Origin: a virus
IMG/VR virus record: IMGVR_UViG_3300035158_000222
Coordinates: 1-64,000 of that record
Reading direction: 5' to 3' (one strand)
Length of the DNA: 64,000 nucleotides
This document shows, in pieces, positions 34,530-42,653 of this stretch. The position numbers were made by a program, and so were the translations under genes. Each line of letters opens with the position of its first letter. The first letter of the stretch is position 1. The notes under the pieces were generated by a model that saw only the letters and a list, made by a program, of their open reading frames with translations, did no database searches and had not been told where the DNA came from.

Positions 34530-34977
34530 GTACCAACTTAGGTTCGCATCCTGTGCAGGATTCTATTTCACTGGCGTCCTTCAGTGGAAGGCTCTCAGTA
34601 AAACTTTCTACCATAGTTGGTTCGTCGTAATTATTCTCTATCCGTCCGTCCGGATAAAGATACGTAATCTGCTTGACCTTTTTACCTCCTATTTCTATTT
34701 GCCAGCCAACCATGTTGACTTGAAATTTCGGGAACAGGTTCCCGGTATTGGCAATAGTTCGTCTGAAATAAATCAGAGTAGCTCCATCTGGAACTCCCAT
34801 CTTGAATTCTCTGAGCCCTGAATCTTTATGTTTAGGGATGAGCTTAAAAACTCTAATCTTTTCAAAGTCCGGATTCCTGTGATGAAACTTGAATTGTTCC
34901 TTCTCCCCATCTGGAGATTGATTAACGACTCTGCCGTCGTCTAGTTCAAGCTCCCACTTATAGTATTCTCTGAGCAT
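34507..34977 (-). CDS. Hypothetical virion-module protein
   Basis: WELELDDG..V.Q, LIYFRR, GWQ. Confidence 0.7.
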   Translation of the reverse strand: MLREYYKWELELDDGRVVNQSPDGEKEQFKFHHRNPDFEKIRVFKLIPKHKDSGLREFKMGVPDGATLIYFRRTIANTGNLFPKFQVNMVGWQIEIGGKKVKQITYLYPDGRIENNYDEPTMVESFTESLPLKDASEIESCTGCEPKLVRADEDGE

Positions 34978-35082
34978 ATTGTTTAGTGGTCTAGAGTGCG
35001 ACTGGGCACATCCAGAATAGTAATCTTTTTATTACACTCTAAGAGCAAAACCTAGTTTTCGTCGAGCCCGAAGGCCTCATCG

Positions 35083-35628
35083 TTAGCGAGGATAGAGTTT
35101 TTTGACAATAGGTTTCCAGTCGTCATAGGTCTTATAGCCGCGCTTAGCTGCAGATGTTCTCATGTCTGCATTAAGGTTGGTAGCTACACGGATCAAATCT
35201 AGTACTGTTTTCTGTTTTCTTAGTTTCTTTCCTGATATTTTGTCTTTCATGTTTTTTGTTACGACCTTTGACTCCCTGATCCATGATTCAAGAACAGGGA
35301 TAACTATATCTGCTTGTGTTTTTTTGACAACCAGATATGGCCTTACTGCCTTCAGCACATCTACTATCTCTTGAGTTTTAAGAGTTTGCCATGTAGCTTT
35401 TGCGCTTGCGTTGCTTCTATTGGCAATATATACAGCGCCTTTGCCTAACATGCCTCTTATATACTCACATACCCATTCGTACTTAATGTGCTGTGTAATG
35501 TTAAGGACTGGGCGAATGGCAATGTATTCATTACCATTGTTGTTCTGTACTCTAACTCCGATATGGATGGATCCATCGCCATCGATGAAGCCTGCGAGCC
35601 ATGACAGAAATTGAGTCTTAGTTGACAT
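35083..35628 (-). mobile_element. Free-standing LAGLIDADG homing endonuclease
   Basis: WLAGFIDGDGSI, ITQ, PYLVVKK.QA. Confidence 0.9.
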
Positions 35629-35656
35629 AGATTTTATATTAGTTACTTATATAATA

Positions 35657-35685
35657 AGTATAATACTCTATCTAGTTATTGTCAA
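35657..35685 (-). promoter_or_regulatory. Sigma70 promoter of the LAGLIDADG gene
   Basis: TTGACA-17-TATACT. Confidence 0.8.
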
Positions 35686-35695
35686 CTAATGATCA

Positions 35696-36205
35696 TCAAT
35701 TTTCGTCGTAAGAGTAATTGTAAGTTTGCTGGGTCATGTTACCTTGTGAAGCACCCGTAGATACTTCCAGCATCATAACCAGGAAGTCTGTAGCTTCACC
35801 TTGTGTGTTAAGGGTTCCTGAAACAGAAGCCTTAGCACCGGCTGTAGCTGTAGACACCGCCGTGTAACCAGCATTAGTTGTAGCTAACGAAGGTGTGGCG
35901 TAAGTTGAAGTGGTTTTGTAGTAATCCTTTACTACTCCGGCTTCCGGCTCAGTGCCGGCTCCCCAGAATTTGAAGTTGGTAACCTGAGTGTCTGGCTCAG
36001 TAGTACCTAATTCAAAGTGTAACCACTTCTCGTAAGAGTAAGCGTAACCCGCACTTGGGATGGTGATCGGATTGGATGTTCTGTTTCCAGAACTGTTGGT
36101 GCAGTTATCGGCTGTGATAAAGTCGATACCTGTACCGGTAATATCCGTTTCCGTAGGACCAGCGCCAAAGTTACAAGTTAAGTTTACATCAGCTGGACTT
36201 GCCAT
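35696..36205 (-). CDS. Thr/Gly-rich beta-sandwich structural subunit
   Basis: NPITIP..G..YSYEKW, NFKFW, terminal YSYDEN strand. Confidence 0.7.
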   Translation of the reverse strand: MASPADVNLTCNFGAGPTETDITGTGIDFITADNCTNSSGNRTSNPITIPSAGYAYSYEKWLHFELGTTEPDTQVTNFKFWGAGTEPEAGVVKDYYKTTSTYATPSLATTNAGYTAVSTATAGAKASVSGTLNTQGEATDFLVMMLEVSTGASQGNMTQQTYNYSYDEN

Positions 36206-36248
36206 AGTTTTGGTTCACTATGTTAATTAATAAATAAAACCGTACGGC

Positions 36249-36449
36249 CTACTTCGGCCCTACAGTCTTTTGAGCTGGAAATTCAGCAGCATCATTGCTG
36301 ATGACCTCGAATAACCCGCCCTTGCCTTCAGCAACAATAGCGTCATACCGAGAATTCGGCATAGATACTATGTTACCCTTTGAGGCGTGAAACTCAGGAC
36401 ACATGAAACTCGCGTGCTGAGCGTCGCCTTTGAATCTTGCTTTTACCAT
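36249..36449 (-). CDS. Hypothetical protein
   Basis: CATATG start on coding strand. Confidence 0.55.
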   Translation of the reverse strand: MVKARFKGDAQHASFMCPEFHASKGNIVSMPNSRYDAIVAEGKGGLFEVISNDAAEFPAQKTVGPK

Positions 36450-36467
36450 ATGTGTTACAGATAAATT

Positions 36468-36556
36468 AAAAACTGCCTGTCGGCAGCTGATACGAGCAAG
36501 TAGAGCAACGTATCAGTTGCCTATAAACTTGCTCCGACGACTAATCGCAGGAGTCC
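36468..36556 (-). promoter_or_regulatory. Attenuator-like leader (terminator/antiterminator)
   Basis: CTGCC-GACA-GGCAG-T5 competes with a 13-bp helix 36482-36494/36509-36521. Confidence 0.5.
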
Positions 36557-36577
36557 ACACATTATACTTTAATTATA

Positions 36578-36946
36578 TCACAGTTTTGCGTCAAACTCAA
36601 TATGGCACTTCTTACATACGGGCTTATAATCATCTAGATTGCGCCTGTACTTGTGATCTATATTGGACCACTGAGTTGCCATGTTGTCGCAGTATGTGCA
36701 TTTGTGAGTTCTGGCAGCGCCCTTATGGCGGCCTACCCACATATGTATAGCTTTATATTTAGCATCACTTCCTTTCCATTTAGAGCTATTACTGCTCTGC
36801 ATATGGGGCCGAGATATTCCTTTAGTAGGATTATTCTTCCCCTTCCAATAACTCGTGCGTCCTTTGCACGAATTACTTATCTTTTCTTTGGTTTTGGCAG
36901 AATGCTTTCTGCCTAGATTTGTTTTGTGACCCTTTTGAAAAGCCAT
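36578..36946 (-). mobile_element. NUMOD3 + HNH-type homing endonuclease-like gene
   Basis: GRKHSAKTKEKIS, WKG, HMWV, CTYC, VCKKCH. Confidence 0.8.
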
Positions 36947-36989
36947 AAATATAAGTAGTTATAATATGTTCCACACATTGTTACTTATA

Positions 36990-37439
36990 TTATATCAAAG
37001 ATTTGTCCTGTGGACAACTTATGCCCTTCCGCAATATCTCTTTATTGAACAGACCTTTGTCAATTTTATTCACTAATGCATGTAAAGGAAAGTAATTTAT
37101 TGACGTATTTCCTATCTTATCTACCCTAACTTCAAGGACAAACCGCCTATCTACATTGATTCCTGCAATGATTTTAGCCTGTAATTTCTGGTCACCGATC
37201 TCTAATTTGCCTCCGGATGATATAACGGAAGCTACTGCCTCGTTTAGAAAATAGTAATAGTGATACTTTCTTATGCTAATCTTAGGCGTTATCCGTGATT
37301 TATTAACGAATGTTGAGACCGGATGAGTCAATGCCAGTGCAGATATTGACACATCGGCAGGAATGTCTTCCCATGTAAAAGGCTTGTCCCCCGTGTTTTC
37401 CACAAACCTTCGGTTATCATTAGTGTAAGCAATAAACAT
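36990..37439 (-). CDS. Hypothetical virion-module protein
   Basis: FIAYTND..F.E, WEDIP, YYFLNEA. Confidence 0.7.
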   Translation of the reverse strand: MFIAYTNDNRRFVENTGDKPFTWEDIPADVSISALALTHPVSTFVNKSRITPKISIRKYHYYYFLNEAVASVISSGGKLEIGDQKLQAKIIAGINVDRRFVLEVRVDKIGNTSINYFPLHALVNKIDKGLFNKEILRKGISCPQDKSLI

Positions 37440-37497
37440 ATTTTAGCTAGGATTAGTGTAATTCACCTTAGTGAATGAAATTGTCCTATGGAAGTTA

Positions 37498-37511
37498 CGA
37501 ACTTAAGTTCG
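37498..37511. repeat. Palindrome CGAACTTAAGTTCG copy 4 (intergenic)
   Basis: Exact; 7 nt after a stop codon. Confidence 0.95.
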
Positions 37512-37518
37512 CACTTTA

Positions 37519-38154
37519 TTAAGTGGTTATCCCCATCTCTGGGGCGTCTACTGTACCGGATTCCGGTAGGGTTAACTTATATGGCCCGGCACTCCAGTCC
37601 GTCCCGGCATTGCAGTATCGCACGCCGTGTGTTCCTGGAGTAAACTCAGTCCATGTAGGGCTGGCCTCTGTCCCTTCGTTTGCATAGAAGCTAATAGAAG
37701 GAGTTGACCCCGAATATCTGTATCGGATCTGTATTACGTGTGCCAGTGAACTTGTACTAGGAACGGCCGCATCATACGGTACTTCCGCGCCTAGGTTAAA
37801 ATATATAGACTCACCAGCGCTAGGAGTAACACTAGCTTCAACATAATTTGTATCTCCCATAAGGCGGTTAGGACTAGCAGCACCGGCCGTGGCGGCAGCT
37901 GGCTTCCAGTCGTCACCAGGCGATGTAGATGTCGTGTCAACAGCATAGAGCATTGGTATGTTCCCATTACCGGTTGTTCCGATAAAAATCTCTTTGGCCA
38001 CAGATGCGCCGGGTGTAGTCTGCGCAGGGAAGGTTAATGCATTGTCCCATGCCTCTACGTATGGAGCTACGGATAAGGATTGAGAGAATGTAACCTTGAA
38101 TACGTATCGCGCGTTCTGGTTACCGGCTCCTGTGATTTGTAATGGAATAGCCAT
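37519..38154 (-). CDS. Thr/Gly/Pro-rich beta-sandwich structural subunit
   Basis: Composition and position in structural operon. Confidence 0.7.
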   Translation of the reverse strand: MAIPLQITGAGNQNARYVFKVTFSQSLSVAPYVEAWDNALTFPAQTTPGASVAKEIFIGTTGNGNIPMLYAVDTTSTSPGDDWKPAAATAGAASPNRLMGDTNYVEASVTPSAGESIYFNLGAEVPYDAAVPSTSSLAHVIQIRYRYSGSTPSISFYANEGTEASPTWTEFTPGTHGVRYCNAGTDWSAGPYKLTLPESGTVDAPEMGITT

Positions 38155-38182
38155 AGGTTTAGGTCTTGTATGTTAGTAAAGT

Positions 38183-38218
38183 GCGGACCCCGCCCCGACC
38201 TTTAGACGCAGGGCCCGC
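38183..38218 (-). other. GC-rich intergenic hairpin
   Basis: GCGGGCCCTGC/GCGGGGTCCGC 11 bp with G-U on minus strand. Confidence 0.55.
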
Positions 38219-38227
38219 GTAAGATGT

Positions 38228-38596
38228 TTAGCCATCTTGCCTTGGGACGTTGTCGAATCTCAAGGATTTCTTAGTCTTCTGTCTGTTTTTATCCCGTACG
38301 ATCTTCTCAGCTTTTAGAAAGTGTTGAAGAGCTTCAGGATCGGAACAGTTAGGCATAGCCAGGTCGTCCCTGGTAAGCTTAGCAACGCGTTCCCGCATCT
38401 CTTTGGGTACGTGCTCAAGCTTCTCTTTCATTCCTACTATATCGGATGAAAGATCTACTTCCTTTACTGTGTCAGTCTCAGGCGCGGGTATAACCCTGTC
38501 CTGAGGATTGTTGTCAGGATTTTTAATCTCCCGACCGTCGACGTTTGGAGCGCCACCTGCTTGGGCCTCCATGTCTAATGGTTGTCCTTTTGACAT
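38228..38596 (-). CDS. Hypothetical protein
   Basis: ORF in structural operon. Confidence 0.7.
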   Translation of the reverse strand: MSKGQPLDMEAQAGGAPNVDGREIKNPDNNPQDRVIPAPETDTVKEVDLSSDIVGMKEKLEHVPKEMRERVAKLTRDDLAMPNCSDPEALQHFLKAEKIVRDKNRQKTKKSLRFDNVPRQDG

Positions 38597-38604
38597 AAGT
38601 GGTC

Positions 38605-38907
38605 TTAGTTATTGTTTATAAAGTCTAGTAGTCGGCCGACTACTACAGCCATGAATGAGGAGTTGCCATCAATGACCTTCTCAAGGAATTCGACATCTTC
38701 CTTGGTAAGCTCTAGCTCTTCCTTCGCATCCAGGATCTTACCGCCAAGACTATAAGCCCTAACGTTTTCTCCTGAACCAGGCTGGCCCTGATGCGTCTCA
38801 CAAGCAGACACAAGGGCTGATCGATAAGTCATCGCCGCTGTCGGCGTTAACATTATCTTGCCACCGTTTAGGGTGGTCATCTCTTGATCAAGATTTTTTA
38901 ATTTCAT
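38605..38907 (-). CDS. Hypothetical protein (fibre-adjacent, possible chaperone)
   Basis: AY.LG.KI...ELELT.ED..FL pattern. Confidence 0.7.
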   Translation of the reverse strand: MKLKNLDQEMTTLNGGKIMLTPTAAMTYRSALVSACETHQGQPGSGENVRAYSLGGKILDAKEELELTKEDVEFLEKVIDGNSSFMAVVVGRLLDFINNN

Positions 38908-38923
38908 AGTGGTCTATATTAAT

Positions 38924-39208
38924 CTAGACGTCGGTCGCTCCAGCGAAGTCGTCTAGTGTTTTAAGCCATGTATAAAGGTCTGCTCTACTCTCTTTCGATT
39001 CGTCCTCGCATATATATTTGCGTGTCTCTAAATAGTCACGCTCGTCTGCATTTCTGGCATCTTCGTTAAAGTAGAATGCGACCATCACTGAGTTGCCGAC
39101 AGGATCATTGGGATTAGTAGAGCCTATATAAATTATCTCTACTATTCTGGCATAAGAAGAATTGGCCACGACTCCTTTGTCTAGTGTTGTGTCTAATTGT
39201 AGTGCCAT
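38924..39208 (-). CDS. Hypothetical protein (fibre-adjacent)
   Basis: From MALQL; LYTWLKTLDDFAGATDV C-terminus. Confidence 0.7.
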   Translation of the reverse strand: MALQLDTTLDKGVVANSSYARIVEIIYIGSTNPNDPVGNSVMVAFYFNEDARNADERDYLETRKYICEDESKESRADLYTWLKTLDDFAGATDV

Positions 39209-39212
39209 ATGT

Positions 39213-41555
39213 TTATGAGGCGCCAAGTACCCATTTGCCAAGACCGAAGTCCCATATAGGCGTATAGGTTTTGCCACCTACTTTAATAGCAGCAGTAGAA
39301 CACTCCAGAAAACCGGAGCACCTTACGCTGCCTGTTACGTATAATTCTTTATTAAAATATATTGTGCCAAATGAATAGTGCATTCTTCCCTGTTGCGAGA
39401 CCCCAAACTCTACAGCTCCCTCTGCCCTAAGATCTCCCTGCGTCCAGATATTATCATCAACAACCGCAGCCCACTGTGCTCCGCGCCTGAACGCAAAGTC
39501 AATATTACTTGGTACATATAATATCATACTATTTGGATAAGATCCTTCACGATAGATTTTATAGTCTGGCCTTGAGCCTACATATACATCAGCAGTAGAA
39601 GACCAGTTTGTTCCTCCTGTACAGTACATCATATCATGCGCATTCCCGGCCGGGAGTGCGGCACCGCCTCCTATGTCTGCCCACCCGGTATCATATCTCA
39701 CTCTTACCTGATTAGTAGAATCATTGTAATACATTGCACCTATAGTATTGCCCTGGTCGGACGAGTTTGTATATAGTGCCAGGTTACCGAATAGGTCAAG
39801 TGAATATTCCCCGTCAGGTGTTCCGTTGAATCTGGCAATCGCTCCACTACCACTATTCTCGATCTTAAGAAAATTACTTGTCGATAAGCTAAGGACATTC
39901 TGGTACCCCCAGGAAGTATATGAAGTATCTACATACATTTGGAAGTATAAGCTTCCGGTATTGTCGGCAGCTGAGAATGCTTTACCCCAGGCTGTACGCA
40001 CACCAGTATTCAGAATTCGCACAGTATTGTTTGCGATTGATATATCATCTATGTTAAATAGCGTTTGTGATCCACCTGTCTCACCTTGGATATGTCCTAC
40101 TTCATTCTCATTCTCATCAAAGAAGTATAGTCCCTCAGAATTAAGCATGACTCTCTTCTTAGATACTGATCCCTCTGCCCGGTAGATATCGAGACGTGGT
40201 AGCGGTGTTCCGCCAGGATCGCTTGAGTCACCCTGCGTAATCTGGACAAGATCGATTGGGTTTCCAGGATGCGTCCAACTTCCATTATGAGAATATGCTG
40301 CCTGAATATGTCCACGTGAAGAGCCCGGACCTATGCACATTTGAATTCTCGTTTCTCCAGAGCCTACAGTCTTGTCCTTTGTAAGACAGGCAGAGCTCAT
40401 TACCCATCCTGCTATATCTCCGTAGTCAGCCTGAAGATATTTACCTGATATATATAGGGAGTTGATCTCATCACCTGTTATGGTATTGGCCGCAATCTCA
40501 TTGGCAGTAATCGTATTTGCAAAGATCTCATTAGCTGTAATTGTATTTGATGCTATGTTATCTGCTGTTATGAATACATTTTGACCATCGCTTCCAAATA
40601 CCTGGAACACGGCTTTCTTGCTTGCCTCTGCATTGGCCTTGGCTACACAGATCAATATCTTCCCGCTTCCTACTGCTGTCTCAGGATCAGTAGTTACGCT
40701 GAGTGTGGATGATCCACTGTAGTAGATATAATATACAGTACCTCCGGTCATGTTGCCCGTATTGCCTGAGTTGATAGAATAATCCGTACCATCCATCAGA
40801 TGTATCTCTCCACTTGTCCACTCTACAGTATCGTTATCGGTGGCTGAGAATACCATGTCATGGCTCCAACCCTGGATAGATGGCTCAGATCCTGATAGTA
40901 GTCCTGTTAACTGTACGTTGTCTATATCTCCGCCTAGGATTCTTATATCGTTGAAGTATCCTATTCCGGTAAGGTATTCAAGTTTGTAGCCCGGCGGATA
41001 GCCGTCAGACTCTATATCACCCTGGACGATAATGTCACCCTTGATGTATAGCTTTCCTTCGCTGTCATTCCAGAGAATGAACTCGTCAGAATTTATATCA
41101 CCGATTATAACATCGCCTTTGTCCAGATTCTCTGCCGGGGATGTTCTCCACTGAACGTTTGTGTTCTTAATGTAGAATGCGAATATGTTATCCCTACCGG
41201 AAAAGCCCAACATACCTTCGTCACTCATTATAAGAGAAGGATTAGACTCCATTGGTTTCTCTCCGATAGAGATGAATCTGTTAACCCCGTCTAGCTTGAT
41301 AGTATCGCCTATCGTGATAACCGTGTTCGCGTGCAAAGCTCCGGTCCGGATAGATGCAGGATCGGTAGACGGCCCGCCCGTATAGTCCTCTGCGCCGCTT
41401 GCGATGATCTTACTTCCGGGAGTATTTGATATCATCCACCTTTCGAACCCAGGCATCTGCATAATCAAACGCCCCCTCGTATCCCTTTTGAATTCGGGCT
41501 TGTAGGGATCAATCTCTACATCTTTGATTGCATGTACGTTTTTATGCTTCGCCAT
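39213..41555 (-). CDS. Tail fibre / spike protein
   Basis: 10-aa ITANEIAANT repeats near 40470-40570; beta-rich C-terminus. Confidence 0.75.
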   Translation of the reverse strand: MAKHKNVHAIKDVEIDPYKPEFKRDTRGRLIMQMPGFERWMISNTPGSKIIASGAEDYTGGPSTDPASIRTGALHANTVITIGDTIKLDGVNRFISIGEKPMESNPSLIMSDEGMLGFSGRDNIFAFYIKNTNVQWRTSPAENLDKGDVIIGDINSDEFILWNDSEGKLYIKGDIIVQGDIESDGYPPGYKLEYLTGIGYFNDIRILGGDIDNVQLTGLLSGSEPSIQGWSHDMVFSATDNDTVEWTSGEIHLMDGTDYSINSGNTGNMTGGTVYYIYYSGSSTLSVTTDPETAVGSGKILICVAKANAEASKKAVFQVFGSDGQNVFITADNIASNTITANEIFANTITANEIAANTITGDEINSLYISGKYLQADYGDIAGWVMSSACLTKDKTVGSGETRIQMCIGPGSSRGHIQAAYSHNGSWTHPGNPIDLVQITQGDSSDPGGTPLPRLDIYRAEGSVSKKRVMLNSEGLYFFDENENEVGHIQGETGGSQTLFNIDDISIANNTVRILNTGVRTAWGKAFSAADNTGSLYFQMYVDTSYTSWGYQNVLSLSTSNFLKIENSGSGAIARFNGTPDGEYSLDLFGNLALYTNSSDQGNTIGAMYYNDSTNQVRVRYDTGWADIGGGAALPAGNAHDMMYCTGGTNWSSTADVYVGSRPDYKIYREGSYPNSMILYVPSNIDFAFRRGAQWAAVVDDNIWTQGDLRAEGAVEFGVSQQGRMHYSFGTIYFNKELYVTGSVRCSGFLECSTAAIKVGGKTYTPIWDFGLGKWVLGAS

Positions 41556-42234
41556 ATATTTTCTTTTTACCGTATATAGAATTACGCAACTTCTTATGTC
41601 TAGTTAATGCCGGGTGTATCTTCGGCTCACGTTTTCTCGCAGCCAGTCTTGCTCGCATAGCCTCTATCTTTCTGAACTCAGCTTCGCTATCCCTGATCTC
41701 GGGGCCAACAGTACCAGGAATTCTTCTCTCGAATACCTCTGGTATATCTCTCGCGAATAGTCTTGCTACTCCACCGTAGATCTCTGTATCCCACCAGATA
41801 ACAACTTTGCCTCCGTTAGGATTTCCATTTGGTATTGTCGGTACTCCGCCTTCGTATATCGTATAGCCAGCCATCAGCCAATATGCTTTCTTCAACTGAT
41901 CGCTATCCCTATTCATCGTATGCCAGTATGTACCAAATACCTCTATGTATATATTACAATCGGGTAGCTCGAAGTCTGGGATCCAGACGTCTTCCGGGTT
42001 GTATGTTCCCGGGTTATCCGGCATATGGTATTGGAAGTTGAAATTAACACGAAGTCTTACGAGATGATTATACACCATCTTCTCCGGGACGGTTCCTGGA
42101 ACCTGCCCGGTAATGTCAAAGAATGACCAGCTGTCAACCTCAGCTATCACATCTCTTTGTTGTAGGCCTCTTTCATCGCTAAGGTTCTTCGGCCTTTTAT
42201 ATGTTCTGATGTATCTTCGTGATCGTATAGACAT
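41542..42234 (-). CDS. Vsr/DUF559-like PD-(D/E)XK nuclease-fold protein
   Basis: PE, IPDF, IEVFGTYWH, D..K. Confidence 0.7.
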   Translation of the reverse strand: MSIRSRRYIRTYKRPKNLSDERGLQQRDVIAEVDSWSFFDITGQVPGTVPEKMVYNHLVRLRVNFNFQYHMPDNPGTYNPEDVWIPDFELPDCNIYIEVFGTYWHTMNRDSDQLKKAYWLMAGYTIYEGGVPTIPNGNPNGGKVVIWWDTEIYGGVARLFARDIPEVFERRIPGTVGPEIRDSEAEFRKIEAMRARLAARKREPKIHPALTRHKKLRNSIYGKKKIYGEA

Positions 42235-42337
42235 ATAGTTGGTGGAGGACTCGAACCTCTTCTTGCTTTGGGTAATGAATTTAGGTACATTACTTATTCG
42301 CAGAGTAGTACACCCCACTACCAGCACCAACGTATTA

Positions 42338-42616
42338 CTATAAGACAGCGTCTTTCAAAGCTTTTTGGATTCTGAATTTAACTACTGTTTTGGCAGGAAT
42401 CTTGATAGATTCGCCGGTCGCTGGGTTTCTACCCATGCGTGCTTTGCGGAAAGCTTTCACTAACTTGCCGAAGCCAGGTAGTGTGAACTCGCCGTCTTCC
42501 TTGACGTACTCGTACGCCATGGCTGTCAGCCCGTCGAGGACTTTCTGAACGGTCTTCTTGTCCACCTCGGTTAAGGTTGACAAGTTGTCCGTCAGTTGCG
42601 ACTTTGTCATTGACAT
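42338..42616 (-). CDS. hup: HU DNA-binding protein
   Basis: LPGFGKL...RKARMGRNPATGESIKIPAKTVVKF...LKDAV. Confidence 0.95.
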   Translation of the reverse strand: MSMTKSQLTDNLSTLTEVDKKTVQKVLDGLTAMAYEYVKEDGEFTLPGFGKLVKAFRKARMGRNPATGESIKIPAKTVVKFRIQKALKDAVL

Positions 42617-42653
42617 GTTTTTGTGTCCTGCCTTCCCCAGCAGGAATCAATTT

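Noticed and set aside
35040-35700. Group I intron around the LAGLIDADG gene
   Set aside because: Flanks are too short for a catalytic core, the gene has its own promoter and the upstream gene is complete
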